Source: Akkermansiaceae bacterium
GTDB lineage: Bacteria > Verrucomicrobiota > Verrucomicrobiia > Verrucomicrobiales > Akkermansiaceae
Assembly: GCA_051251915.1 (NCBI GenBank)
Contig: JBPOGF010000021.1
Location: 13,513 to 77,512, forward strand
Direction of reading: 5' to 3'
DNA: 64,000 nt
In this document: positions 31,519 through 41,991 of the stretch, in pieces
Position numbering within the stretch: the stretch's first letter is position 1
Layout: the number at the start of each line of letters is the position of its first letter
Notes under the pieces: model-generated
What the model saw: the letters and a program-made list of their open reading frames with translations, nothing else
What the model was told of the DNA's origin: nothing
Database searches by the model: none
Program-made: the position numbers and the translations under genes

Positions 31519-32190
31519 ATGAAAATCCAAAAATTATTTAGTAAATTTAATCTCCGCACCATTTCAGCGGCTCTCTGCATTTCTCTTGTCAGCTCATGCG
31601 CTTATGAATCCTACCCTGTGAATTCATCCTACGGAGGTAGCCCCTATGGAGGATCCCCATACACTCCATACGGTAATACCCGTACTGTTTCAGATCCTAC
31701 CATTCCATTGATCCTCGGAGCATCTGCCATCGGTGCCATCGCCTACTACGGCAAGAAAAAGCATGATGACCGACACGACTCACGTCATTATTCTCACAAT
31801 AATTACAACCGTTACTCTAGCCAGAACTACAACCGCAATCGAAATCATAGCATCAACTACACCAGCAATAATCGCATCAATACTAACCGCAATAGCCACA
31901 CCAGCAGCTACCATAACAAGAATGTGAGCAACAGCATCCGCTCTAATCATTCCAATAGCAGAAATTCTGCAGCCGATAAATACCGCAACAGCGCTCGCGA
32001 AGCCCTAGAAAGAAAACGCAACAGCCAGCGCAGTAAACCACAAACCACCCGCCCCGACAGATCACAGGTAGTATCCACCGGCGGCTCACGAGGAAGCAGA
32101 AGCTCCAGCACCTCGAGTAGCCAAACGACTCGCTCAAGAATAAGCGCCGCACTCAGCAAAAACGACCGCAATTCACGTTCTCGTAACTAA
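31519..32190 (+). CDS. Putative lipoprotein with low-complexity S/R/N/Y tail
   Basis: Lipobox LVSS-C; YGGSP repeats; second hydrophobic segment; disordered basic tail. Confidence 0.65.
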   Translation: MKIQKLFSKFNLRTISAALCISLVSSCAYESYPVNSSYGGSPYGGSPYTPYGNTRTVSDPTIPLILGASAIGAIAYYGKKKHDDRHDSRHYSHNNYNRYSSQNYNRNRNHSINYTSNNRINTNRNSHTSSYHNKNVSNSIRSNHSNSRNSAADKYRNSAREALERKRNSQRSKPQTTRPDRSQVVSTGGSRGSRSSSTSSSQTTRSRISAALSKNDRNSRSRN

Positions 32191-32197
32191 ATAGAAA

Positions 32198-32229
32198 TTG
32201 CTTAGAGGTAAGTTTTTACCTCTAAGCAA
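32198..32229. terminator. Perfect 14-bp inverted repeat, probable terminator
   Basis: TTGCTTAGAGGTAA-GTTT-TTACCTCTAAGCAA. Confidence 0.7.
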
Positions 32230-32505
32230 AACCTTACCCCCACCTCCCAACCTAATTACCTACCCTGAACCAAAAGTTAGTTTCCTATAGATACCTAGCA
32301 CCTAGAGATTGCGTTGGCTCCTTTCCACGACAATCACTACTTTTATTTCGCTAATTCCCTCTACCACACAGCCCCATACACCTTGGTCATCTCCATTTTA
32401 TACACACAGTACAAAATCACGCCTCCCCACACTCAAACCTTGACTAACCTCCTGCTCCTGCGTTCACTCCGTGGAAATTAAGCAAACTAACCATCTCTAT
32501 ATAAA

Positions 32506-33006
32506 GTGAACGCATACCAAATTTACCAAGCTGCAGATCCTGCACTCATCACAGACCTCTTCACATGGCTCCGTAATGATGAGAAGGATCTTTACAAGAA
32601 CACCGTCGCATCACTCGCGCAAGACCGTAAACTCCGCCCAGTATTCATCCAGAAAAAGTCATTCCCGGACCAATGCTCATGGCTCCACAAAACACTCAAA
32701 CTCAAGTCAACAGACATGATGGGCGAGCACCTCTTCCAGCTCTTCTTCATGAAGGGAAATGAAGAACTCCTCGTAACATTCTGTGACGCCATGGAAATCG
32801 AACACGACGGCAAAGGCTCAGTAGAAGGCGAACTTCCAGACGCACTTGATGCTGATAAAGCAAAGGCAGCAGTCGATACTCTGCTAGAAAAATTTGACGC
32901 CAAGCTCGTCACTGCTTACCTCTACATTTTCAACCTTCAGTCAGAAGGCGGATGGGACAGCATCACTGCTATCCTTGAGTCAGATGACCGTTTGAAACTC
33001 GCCTAG
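32506..33006 (+). CDS. Hypothetical protein
   Basis: 166-aa ORF with host-like codon usage, co-oriented with hisI-pheS. Confidence 0.75.
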   Translation: MNAYQIYQAADPALITDLFTWLRNDEKDLYKNTVASLAQDRKLRPVFIQKKSFPDQCSWLHKTLKLKSTDMMGEHLFQLFFMKGNEELLVTFCDAMEIEHDGKGSVEGELPDALDADKAKAAVDTLLEKFDAKLVTAYLYIFNLQSEGGWDSITAILESDDRLKLA

Positions 33007-33054
33007 ATTTCGCGCATTTAAGAAATCTAACTAAACATCTAACAGAATATAATA

Positions 33055-33501
33055 ATGGACACCACATTTGGCTCACGCGACTCAAAAAAAGACATCGAAG
33101 AACTCCCAGTGTTCGCACCTAAGTTCGACTCCGATGGCCTCATCCCCGCCCTTGCGATGGATGCCGAGACCAAAGAGCCACTCATGCTCGCTTACATGAA
33201 TGAAGAGTCACTCAAAATGACTCTCAAACTCGGCGAAGCAGTCTATTATTCACGTTCACGTAAGGAAATATGGCACAAGGGAGCCACCTCTGGACACACC
33301 CAGAAAATCAAACAAATAAAAACGGACTGCGACCAAGACGCCCTCATCCTCTATGTAGATCAGCACGGTTCAGGCGCCTGCCACACTGGCAGAAACTCCT
33401 GTTTCTACCGTGAAATTGCAGTAGGCGAAAACACATCACCCACCGCGCTTAAATTCACAGAAGACCTCACCTTCAATCCAGACGATGTCTACAAAAAATA
33501 A
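33055..33501 (+). CDS. hisI: Phosphoribosyl-AMP cyclohydrolase
   Basis: LMLAYMN, YSRSR, KGATSGH, DCDQD, ACHTGRNSCF. Confidence 0.96.
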   Translation: MDTTFGSRDSKKDIEELPVFAPKFDSDGLIPALAMDAETKEPLMLAYMNEESLKMTLKLGEAVYYSRSRKEIWHKGATSGHTQKIKQIKTDCDQDALILYVDQHGSGACHTGRNSCFYREIAVGENTSPTALKFTEDLTFNPDDVYKK

Positions 33502-33535
33502 AGTATTTACGCTTTAAACTTTTTCCTGATCCACC

Positions 33536-34552
33536 ATGACAGACAACATTCAAAAGATTCAAGACGATGCAGTGGCTGGCATTTCAGCCGCCACAGATGC
33601 ACGCAGCCTCGAAGAAGCACGCGTCGCATTTTTAGGTAAAAAAGGAACGCTCGCTGGAGCATCCGCAGGCATGAGAGACATCGCTAACGAAGACAAACCA
33701 GCCTTCGGCGCAGCCCTCAACAAAGCCCGCGCAGCAATCAGCTCCGCACTCGATGCCAAAACCCTCGAACTTCAAAATCTCGCTGACCAGAAATCTGTCT
33801 CCGGTATCGACCTCACACTCCCAGCACGCGAACTAGCTGCTGGTGGCCTGCACCCACTCACCATCGTCAAGGACAGAGCCATCCAGATCCTCCGCCGCAT
33901 GGGCTTCGCCCTCGCTGATGGACCAGAAATAGAAACAGAATATCATTGTTTCGATGCCCTAAACACACCGGACGACCACCCAGCCCGCAACGAAAAAGAC
34001 ACCTTCTACTTCGATGGCGGCAAGCTCCTCCGCACCCACACATCATCCGTGCAGATCCGCACCATGGAGAACTCCACTCCACCAGTCAGAATCATCGCAC
34101 CAGGCTCAGCCTACCGCCGTGATGACGTGGACGCCACACACCTACCAGTATTCAACCAACTCGAAGGCCTCTACGTCGATAAAGACGTGAAGCTAGGCGA
34201 CCTCAAAGGCACACTAGAATACTTCCTCCAAGCCATGTTCGGCGACGACACAGAAGTACGCTTCCGCCCACACTTTTTCCCATTCACCGAGCCAAGCTTC
34301 GAAATCGACGTCAAACTCCACATCCAAGGCCAAGAGCCAAAATGGATCGAAGTAGCTGGCTGCGGCATGGTAGACCCAGCCGTCTTCACCTCCATCGCCA
34401 AGCAACGCGGAGATACCGCATTTGACCCTGAAAACGTAACAGGCTACGCCTTCGGCATGGGCCTCGACCGCCTCGCAATGATCCAATACGGAATCAAAGA
34501 CATCCGCGCCCTCATCGAAAACGACACCCGCTTCCTAAGCCAGTTCGCCTAG
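33536..34552 (+). CDS. pheS: Phenylalanine-tRNA ligase alpha subunit
   Basis: HPAR..DTFY, LRTHTS, FRPHFFPFTEPS, GCGMV, AFGMGLDRLAM. Confidence 0.98.
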   Translation: MTDNIQKIQDDAVAGISAATDARSLEEARVAFLGKKGTLAGASAGMRDIANEDKPAFGAALNKARAAISSALDAKTLELQNLADQKSVSGIDLTLPARELAAGGLHPLTIVKDRAIQILRRMGFALADGPEIETEYHCFDALNTPDDHPARNEKDTFYFDGGKLLRTHTSSVQIRTMENSTPPVRIIAPGSAYRRDDVDATHLPVFNQLEGLYVDKDVKLGDLKGTLEYFLQAMFGDDTEVRFRPHFFPFTEPSFEIDVKLHIQGQEPKWIEVAGCGMVDPAVFTSIAKQRGDTAFDPENVTGYAFGMGLDRLAMIQYGIKDIRALIENDTRFLSQFA

Positions 34553-34657
34553 TAAGCAAGACGAGCAGGAACAGCCTAAAACCGGATGATTTGGAACCAG
34601 CACTCCGGAAAAATAGGCTCTTACCTCCGTTGCTGAAACTATTTTTTCCTACTCTCA

Positions 34658-35230
34658 TTACCTATGCGGCGAGGCTGGTCGCTTCTTAGGTAGGGGAATC
34701 ACAGGTGAAGCTACCTCCACCTTCACTGGAGCAGAAATATAAATTTGCTTCACACCTAACTCTCGGAACATCCTTAACATCACGAGATTTTCCGCCAACA
34801 AGGATTCGCTTCGAGCCACCATGATTATTGGATCTACATCGTTCGCTTGAGCAAGCCTACAATACATACCAATAGAAGATTTCAGATCCGCCAGAGAAGC
34901 CCTATCATTTTTATTGATGACATACTCCATTCCATCATTCTCTACATCAACAACCCTCTTTATTAGCATCGGTTCTATACCTAGCTGCTTACTGTTAGGA
35001 TAACCCGCTAAAACTATCAGATACTTCTTATCACCCAACATCCAGAAACAAGTTGCTGGATCTCTAGTGGATTTCTTAGGTATGATTCTTTTATAAATAT
35101 GATCTAGCGCATCACCAATCGTCGCCACCTCCTTAAACTCTTCGTTCCTGATAATAATAGGATCTTTCACCACCTCCTGAGCATTAGCCGCCGCCATGAG
35201 AAAGCTGAAGATAAGTAGCCTGATGATCAT
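34658..35230 (-). CDS. Hypothetical exported protein
   Basis: Signal peptide ending ANA; no family recognised. Confidence 0.6.
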   Translation of the reverse strand: MIIRLLIFSFLMAAANAQEVVKDPIIIRNEEFKEVATIGDALDHIYKRIIPKKSTRDPATCFWMLGDKKYLIVLAGYPNSKQLGIEPMLIKRVVDVENDGMEYVINKNDRASLADLKSSIGMYCRLAQANDVDPIIMVARSESLLAENLVMLRMFRELGVKQIYISAPVKVEVASPVIPLPKKRPASPHR

Positions 35231-35232
35231 TT

Positions 35233-36057
35233 TTAAATTGATACCGTGCTAAACCCACCATCAATCACAAGCTCTGACCCAGTAATAAAGCTACCCGCCT
35301 TCGCTGAAGCCAACAGCAGCGTAGCTCCAATAAGCTCATCTGGATCTCCAAATCTACTCATCGGAGTATTACGGAAAATCTCTAATATATGAGCCTCATC
35401 GAGCGCCCGTTTATTATGCTCAGATGGGAAAAAACCAGGGATCAAAGTGTTCACCCGTATGTCATTGTCAGCCCACTCGCGTGCAAAGTTTTTAGTAAGA
35501 TTATGCAGCGCAGCTTTGGACGCAGAGTATGCAAAAGATGTTGATACAGGTGTCATCCCCGCAATAGACCCCACATTGATAATCGCCGCAGGGATGGAGT
35601 GCTCTATGAAATACTGCCCAAACACCTGGCAAGCCTGAAAACTAGCCGTAAGATTAATATCGAGTATGGTTTGAAACTCCTCAGTTGGAATATCAAACAC
35701 AGGCTTAGTAGAATTAACACCCGCACCATTGATCAAAATATCCACCTGCCCTGAACGCTCCACTACAATATCTAACAACGCATAGAGCGAACCTTTCTCC
35801 ATCAAGTCAGTAGCCACGAAGTATGCTTTACTCCCAGCTCCACAGTCGTCCGCTGATGCATGAATCATATCTAGGCGCCTCTCTGCCTTTTCTTCATTTC
35901 TACCTGCAATCACCACCTCTACTCCCGCCTTCGCAAGACCTATAGCCATGTGCGAACACAACTCACCAGTACCACCTACGATGACCGCGACTTTACCTTC
36001 CAGATCATACAGTTTATCAATATAACTCATACTTAGATCATCGTTGTTAGCCCCCAT
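35233..36057 (-). CDS. SDR oxidoreductase (gluconate-5-DH/UxuB-like)
   Basis: GGTGELC, NGAG, YSASK, RVNTLIPGFF, IDGGF. Confidence 0.88.
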   Translation of the reverse strand: MGANNDDLSMSYIDKLYDLEGKVAVIVGGTGELCSHMAIGLAKAGVEVVIAGRNEEKAERRLDMIHASADDCGAGSKAYFVATDLMEKGSLYALLDIVVERSGQVDILINGAGVNSTKPVFDIPTEEFQTILDINLTASFQACQVFGQYFIEHSIPAAIINVGSIAGMTPVSTSFAYSASKAALHNLTKNFAREWADNDIRVNTLIPGFFPSEHNKRALDEAHILEIFRNTPMSRFGDPDELIGATLLLASAKAGSFITGSELVIDGGFSTVSI

Positions 36058-36126
36058 TAGTCAAATGGTTTTCTCCCTTGATGATTATTTCTGGCATTCC
36101 ACAAATGACTCACTTAGTATCCCCAC

Positions 36127-37221
36127 ATGAAGGAGAAAGCACTAGCGCTACTTAAAGAACTAACAGACGCACATAGCGTCCCTGGGTATGAAGATGAAGT
36201 AAGAGCCATCTTCGCGGATGAACTAGAAAATGTTGGAGGAACGCTAGGCTCTGACCGCCAAGGCAGCGTCTATTTCGAACGTGGCTTAGATGAAAATAGT
36301 GGCCCACGTGTCATGATCGCCGGCCACATGGATGAGGTCGGCTTTCGCGTCCAACACATTCGCCCTGACGGCTACCTCAAGTTCGTCCCCGTTGGCGGAT
36401 GGTGGCCACACGTCATGCTCGCTCAGCGAGTTGAAGTGCTCACTAAAAACGGAGAAAAAATTCTAGGTGTCATTTCAAGCACTCCCCCACATTTCCTCTC
36501 AGAAGAAAAACGCAGCAAAGTGATGGCGATAACTGACTTATTCATCGACATCGGAGCTGAAAGCGCAGAGGAAGCGAAAGAAGTATTTGGCATCGCACTC
36601 GGCGACCCCATCGCTCCAGCCACTAGCTTCACCGCCATGACTAAGGAAGGATACTACATGGCAAAGGCATTTGATAACCGCGTAGGGATGGCATGCGCTA
36701 TCCAAGCCGCACAAATATTAGTCAGAGAAGAGGGCCACCCCAACACACTCATCTCCGCCGGCACCGTCCAAGAAGAAGTAGGCCTCCGCGGAGCGCGCTC
36801 ATTGGCAAATCTTGTCAAACCAGATGTAGCCATTATTTTAGAGGGTCCACCAGCTGATGACACCCCAGGATTTAGCCAGTCAGAAAGCCAAGGAAAACTA
36901 GGCGGCGGCGTACAGATCCGCCTCCATGACCCCAGCGCGATCATGAACCCACGTCTCGCTGACCTCGCGATAGAAACAGCCAAGAAAGAAAGCATCCGCC
37001 ACCAGGTCACAGTCCGCAGTAGTGGCGGCACAGATGCAGGCGGCTTCAGCATGTCTAATGAAGGCGTCCCGTGCGTGGTACTCGGCGTGCCATCCAGATA
37101 CATTCATTCACACAACGCCATCATTGATGTAGAAGATTACCTCTGCATGGTAAGACTCACAGTCGCCCTCGTCAAACGCCTAGACCAAGCGAAAGTAGAC
37201 GAACTCGTAGAGTATCTATAG
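36127..37221 (+). CDS. M42 family aminopeptidase
   Basis: GHMDEVG, KAFDNR, QEEVGLRGA, GGTDAG, RYIHSH. Confidence 0.93.
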   Translation: MKEKALALLKELTDAHSVPGYEDEVRAIFADELENVGGTLGSDRQGSVYFERGLDENSGPRVMIAGHMDEVGFRVQHIRPDGYLKFVPVGGWWPHVMLAQRVEVLTKNGEKILGVISSTPPHFLSEEKRSKVMAITDLFIDIGAESAEEAKEVFGIALGDPIAPATSFTAMTKEGYYMAKAFDNRVGMACAIQAAQILVREEGHPNTLISAGTVQEEVGLRGARSLANLVKPDVAIILEGPPADDTPGFSQSESQGKLGGGVQIRLHDPSAIMNPRLADLAIETAKKESIRHQVTVRSSGGTDAGGFSMSNEGVPCVVLGVPSRYIHSHNAIIDVEDYLCMVRLTVALVKRLDQAKVDELVEYL

Positions 37222-37353
37222 CATTGAGGTGCGCATATTTTGATCCTCAAATCACAAATGCGCGAAGTAGACAGTCAGAAATAGAGATAGCTTATAGTCA
37301 TCGATAAGGCGGCAATCAAGTCGCCTTGTCATGAACTACTAACTATCTATAAA

Positions 37354-38280
37354 ATGACTAAATCATCTATTCTATCAGTTGCCACTCTCGCACTTATGCC
37401 GCTCGCCACCACCGCATTTGCTGGCGACATGGTGATCATCCCACAAGATTCCGTGACAGCCCCAGGGCGTTCACTCAAGAGCGCTATCCCATCTATTTCA
37501 AACCCCACACTACACGAGCTAGCAGTTCCTCAGACACGACTTCATGGGATGATGATGCATCACAAAATCCCAGACAAGGTTAGTCTCGGCGGCAACCAAG
37601 TAGCACTCGGCGGCGACATCAACGTCTACGCACTCCAGGTCGAATTCGCCCTCAATGACCGCCTCTCCATCATCGCTTCTAAAGACGGCTTCATTGACTT
37701 CAACCCAGACAACACACTCACTGACCAAACAGGCTTCGCTAACGTAGCTGCCGGCCTCAAATACGCATTCATTTACGATGAAGAAAAGAACTTCGCAGCC
37801 AGTGCCTCCCTTTCATTCGAACTACCTACTGGCAACAGAGATGTCTTCCAAGGCAGAGGAGACGGAGCTGCACTACTCACATTCTCCGCCCTAAAACTCG
37901 CCGGACCTTGGCAGTTTTCAGCAGCCTCAGGCATCCACGTTCCATTTGACTCAGATGCAGAATCAACCACCGGATTCGCCAGCGCACACGTGAGCTATCA
38001 GATCAACGAACGCTTCACACCAATCGCAGAAGTGAATCTCTACCACACATTCAGCGAAGGAAACACTGGCCTAGGCACAGATTTCGAAGGCGGAGACTTG
38101 ATCAACTTTGGCTCACCTAACGGTAGCGCGAATGAAACCATCGTTACCGCAGCACTCGGCCTCCGCTACCAAGTTTGCACCGCACTCTCACTCGGTGTAG
38201 CCTATGAAGTCCCCCTCACTTCAGAGGAAGACAACCTAATGGACTCAAGAATCACCTTAGATTTCGTTTACCAGTTCTAG
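37354..38280 (+). CDS. Putative outer-membrane beta-barrel protein
   Basis: Signal peptide AFA, alternating beta strands, C-terminal FVYQF. Confidence 0.7.
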   Translation: MTKSSILSVATLALMPLATTAFAGDMVIIPQDSVTAPGRSLKSAIPSISNPTLHELAVPQTRLHGMMMHHKIPDKVSLGGNQVALGGDINVYALQVEFALNDRLSIIASKDGFIDFNPDNTLTDQTGFANVAAGLKYAFIYDEEKNFAASASLSFELPTGNRDVFQGRGDGAALLTFSALKLAGPWQFSAASGIHVPFDSDAESTTGFASAHVSYQINERFTPIAEVNLYHTFSEGNTGLGTDFEGGDLINFGSPNGSANETIVTAALGLRYQVCTALSLGVAYEVPLTSEEDNLMDSRITLDFVYQF

Positions 38281-38304
38281 GCACAGATCCTGTACATATT
38301 GTTA

Positions 38305-39051
38305 TTAACGGTGGCGGCGATTGGAAACAATCGCCGTCATTTTTTTCTCATTTGGAGCCAGCTTTAATAAAATATAATAAAGGGAAAATGCGATCACTTG
38401 CAAGGTGATCAAGTAATATGGATAGGGCCCCATATAATCAAACATCGTAGCAAAATCAGGCTTCCCACTCAGGAATCCATAGTTCTGATTAATCAGAAAA
38501 TTGACCCCTATCACCACTGCCATATACACCCAACTCCAAATAATAATACGCTTAAAAGCTCCTTTCCCAGGAACAATCCCCACCCCCCAGACTAATGTCG
38601 CAGCGGCAATAGGAACCCCACCATGCTGAAGGAAAAAATTATAGTATTCCAACGTAGTCCAATCATACGACAGCGTTGGAGTAAGCAACCCCTGCGTAGT
38701 CCCTCCTAGCCCCCAAAGATATGCCACCTCCGTAAGCTTGGCATTCTTCGTAAAAAGCGCCAAAGCAGCAACGATGGAAACCACATCACAAAGATACAAA
38801 GGCAATGCCGAATTCCAAAAGATAGTCCACCCAAGCTCTTCCCCACCCCACCGCATAAAGGTCAATACCGGATCCATCGAAACAGCGAAGATCAACAACC
38901 CGCCAAACACATACCTCACCCGAGTCTTTACCACTTCCTCAACACTAGATCGCATAAACCTCACCATCAAAAAAGCACCCACCACTGTCAGTGCAAGAGC
39001 AACAATGTGAGACAATCCGTAGTGCTGGAAGTTAGCTATAATCATAACCAA
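38305..39051 (-). CDS. YwaF/TIGR02206-like integral membrane protein
   Basis: LPLYLCD, LLTP, FFLQH, NYGFLSGKP, GPYPYY. Confidence 0.85.
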   Translation of the reverse strand: MVMIIANFQHYGLSHIVALALTVVGAFLMVRFMRSSVEEVVKTRVRYVFGGLLIFAVSMDPVLTFMRWGGEELGWTIFWNSALPLYLCDVVSIVAALALFTKNAKLTEVAYLWGLGGTTQGLLTPTLSYDWTTLEYYNFFLQHGGVPIAAATLVWGVGIVPGKGAFKRIIIWSWVYMAVVIGVNFLINQNYGFLSGKPDFATMFDYMGPYPYYLITLQVIAFSLYYILLKLAPNEKKMTAIVSNRRHR

Positions 39052-39062
39052 TGATGATCTCC

Positions 39063-39590
39063 TTAAAGCGCTTCTTCAATAAATTTATATTGCCTATGAA
39101 ACTTACCCCTATTGTGCATTTTACAACACGCATAACAAGCAGAGTCACCTCGCATTCGCCTCACACGGTCTATGACCTCCAGACAAACCGGACAAGTATA
39201 TCTCCATTTTCTCCTCTGCGTCCGACTAGGCAATGGCAAACTATGCGTCGCTGATTCACCCGGAATCCCCAGATCAGCACAGGCTTGTTTCCACTCCGCC
39301 CCATGAGCAGATATCTTCCGCCCATAGCGATGATGCGCCAATAAATGCGCCAACTCATGCAGCAGCGTCTGCCGAACATGCCCCAGCGGGTCATCCCCAA
39401 GATGAAGGAGTTTCGGATTAAGCTCCACCTTACCTAGATTCAGAAAAGCCCGCCCAGCCGTAGAGCGCATCCGTCTATTCCATACAATACTCACCGAGTT
39501 CGCATACTCCTCACCAGCATGCACACTTAAAAGAGAAATGGCACCGTCAACAATTGTGACGATGCCATGATAAATTTCCTCTCTCTCCAT
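39063..39590 (-). CDS. SprT-like zinc metalloprotease
   Basis: RSTAGRA, HELAH, HGAEWK, CPVC/CYAC. Confidence 0.9.
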   Translation of the reverse strand: MEREEIYHGIVTIVDGAISLLSVHAGEEYANSVSIVWNRRMRSTAGRAFLNLGKVELNPKLLHLGDDPLGHVRQTLLHELAHLLAHHRYGRKISAHGAEWKQACADLGIPGESATHSLPLPSRTQRRKWRYTCPVCLEVIDRVRRMRGDSACYACCKMHNRGKFHRQYKFIEEAL

Positions 39591-39596
39591 GATGCC

Positions 39597-41825
39597 TTAC
39601 TGAGCAGTGCCAGCTTTCACCACTTTCGCACCTACAGTGAGGTCGATCAAATCATTAAGAATCGCTATCCCCTCGCGTTTTACCGGATCCATTCTACTAG
39701 GCCACTCAGGAGTGATATCCAAATCTTCCTCCTTGTTTTCCGCCTTCAGCATATATGACTCATCCTCTTCCGTAGGATCAAAGATAGGAAGTTTCTCCTT
39801 AACCAGATCCCTACGCTTCACACTGTAAAATGTGTATCGCTCATTATCCTCTTCTTGCATGATTTTGAAACGCTCAGTTCTATCTTGGTTACGCTCCTTC
39901 AACCGAGCATCTGCCTCGTTTATATCCTTGAGTCGTTCCCCGCGATTTAGGCTCACTGTGTTTTCTTCTATGCGCTGCCTCATCCTATCCACATCTTCTT
40001 GTAGGTAAATAAAGTCTCTAGAAGCCGATGTCCTCTTCACACTGTTCCCTTTGAGTTCAGGCAAATACAACTTAGAGCGATCCGACGGCTTAAAGCCAGG
40101 TGCCTTTTTAATCACATCATACGGCAAAGCGTAATCCATGTATTTCTCACCTATCTCAATCGCATCTAACATATTCGGCAACACAATATCTGACTCCACA
40201 CCCTTATTCTGTGTAGATGATCCCGCCACACGATAGAATTTTCTGATCGTAGGCTTTAAATAACCTGCTCTCTCTCTTCCCTCAGCATTAAATGGCAACA
40301 TCCGCGCGATGTCCATAATCTGCTGCACTGTTCCCTTTCCGTAAGTAGAGCTAGTGCCTACAATCACAGCACGATTGTAATCCTGTAGCGCACCCGCAAG
40401 AATTTCACTCGCTGATGCAGAAGTAGAATCAATCAGACAAACCATAGGCCCATCATAAATTGCTTCGTCATAAGCCGTCTGCAGAGTAATTCTTCCTTGG
40501 AAATCTCTTTCCTGCACCACTGGTCCACGCCCAGTGAAGAAACCTGTCATCTTCCTAACTTCATCCAGCGATCCACCACCATTTCCACGGAGGTCAAACA
40601 CAAGTCCCTCAATATTCTCCTGCTTCATTCTAAGAAGAATACTCTTCACATGCTCAGAGCACTTATTACCACCAGTCTGGAAATTAATGTAAAACGCAGG
40701 TAATGTTAGAAAACCAATCCGACGCGAAGTCCCGTCCGGATTCTTAGTTTCAATGATCTCACCAGAAGCAAAGTCCTCTTTCATTTCAACTGATCCCCGC
40801 TTGATGACAATCACCTTTTTCTCACCATCTTCTGTTTCTATTTGCAGCCCTACTGATGAACCAACCGGTCCGCGGATCAACTCCACTACCTTGTCAATTC
40901 TCATGAACATAATGTCCACAATCTCACCGTTATTTAAATGATCCACACCAACGATCCTGTCGTTTAGCGCCAAATCTCCACCCTTAGATGCAGGCCCATC
41001 CACCACGATACCCGTGATCTTAGTAGCTCCATCATCTTCTCCCTGAAGCAAAGCTCCTATGCCTACAAACTCATTATCCATCCCCGCTTTAAACGGCCCA
41101 TACTCACTCGCTGTTAGATAGTCCGTATGAGGGCCATAAGCCTTCGCCGCAGCGCTCAACACATAATCCGCGATACTCTCGTTATTGTTGTCTAAATCAT
41201 ACTGAAGCATACGCTTGTATTTAAGACGTATAACCTCCTTCACAGGCTTAGCATCCTTAAGTGGATTCTCTTTGCCCTGCTCTACAGCCAACTTCGCTAT
41301 GTTATCACGGCGAAGAGTCTCAGAAAGCACAGCCTCCTCCACTAGATTTTCCCAAAGCTCCCCTTGCGCCACACTATCAGCAGCCCATTGGAGATCTTTT
41401 CTAGAGCGTTTCACTTTACGGTCACTATCAAAGGTGAACTCAGTTTCCTTAAGATGTTTCTGCGCATACGCAATCTTCTCTTTCACTCGACGAATGTAGA
41501 GATCATATACCTGATGAGCGGCATCATTACTCTTCTTGATGAGCAATCTATTGTGCAGATCTTTGCCATATCTAGCCTTCATTGCATTCACATCCTGTTG
41601 AGTGAAATACACCTTCGCCGGATCAAGCTCCTTCATTAAAAGATCAAAAATTCTTGGCCCTAAGACATCATCGCTTAGCTTCTCATAGTGACGATTCATT
41701 AGCATTTTAGCCATCACTCTTCCCACTTCATCATAGTCCACCTTGTTGTCTGGAGCCTGGGCACACGCTGCCCCAGAAAACGTCAGTCCTAGGAGGGCAC
41801 CCGTTAAAGATTTTTTGATATTCAT
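39597..41825 (-). CDS. prc: Carboxy-terminal processing (tail-specific) protease
   Basis: PHTDY, PDZ GIGA, DLRGNGGGSL, SASASEI, GKGTVQ. Confidence 0.93.
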   Translation of the reverse strand: MNIKKSLTGALLGLTFSGAACAQAPDNKVDYDEVGRVMAKMLMNRHYEKLSDDVLGPRIFDLLMKELDPAKVYFTQQDVNAMKARYGKDLHNRLLIKKSNDAAHQVYDLYIRRVKEKIAYAQKHLKETEFTFDSDRKVKRSRKDLQWAADSVAQGELWENLVEEAVLSETLRRDNIAKLAVEQGKENPLKDAKPVKEVIRLKYKRMLQYDLDNNNESIADYVLSAAAKAYGPHTDYLTASEYGPFKAGMDNEFVGIGALLQGEDDGATKITGIVVDGPASKGGDLALNDRIVGVDHLNNGEIVDIMFMRIDKVVELIRGPVGSSVGLQIETEDGEKKVIVIKRGSVEMKEDFASGEIIETKNPDGTSRRIGFLTLPAFYINFQTGGNKCSEHVKSILLRMKQENIEGLVFDLRGNGGGSLDEVRKMTGFFTGRGPVVQERDFQGRITLQTAYDEAIYDGPMVCLIDSTSASASEILAGALQDYNRAVIVGTSSTYGKGTVQQIMDIARMLPFNAEGRERAGYLKPTIRKFYRVAGSSTQNKGVESDIVLPNMLDAIEIGEKYMDYALPYDVIKKAPGFKPSDRSKLYLPELKGNSVKRTSASRDFIYLQEDVDRMRQRIEENTVSLNRGERLKDINEADARLKERNQDRTERFKIMQEEDNERYTFYSVKRRDLVKEKLPIFDPTEEDESYMLKAENKEEDLDITPEWPSRMDPVKREGIAILNDLIDLTVGAKVVKAGTAQ

Positions 41826-41991
41826 AGTTTTAAATTTTTAATTTCACCAATATTTATAATCGGCATTTTAATTCTTTGCAGGAAATACTCGCTCAGCGAA
41901 ATAGCTTTGTCGAACTTTCTTTCCCGACTTTTCCTCTCATTAAGCGTCCACATTCTCTAAAAATGTTTAATTTAAACGAAAAGATACCTAT

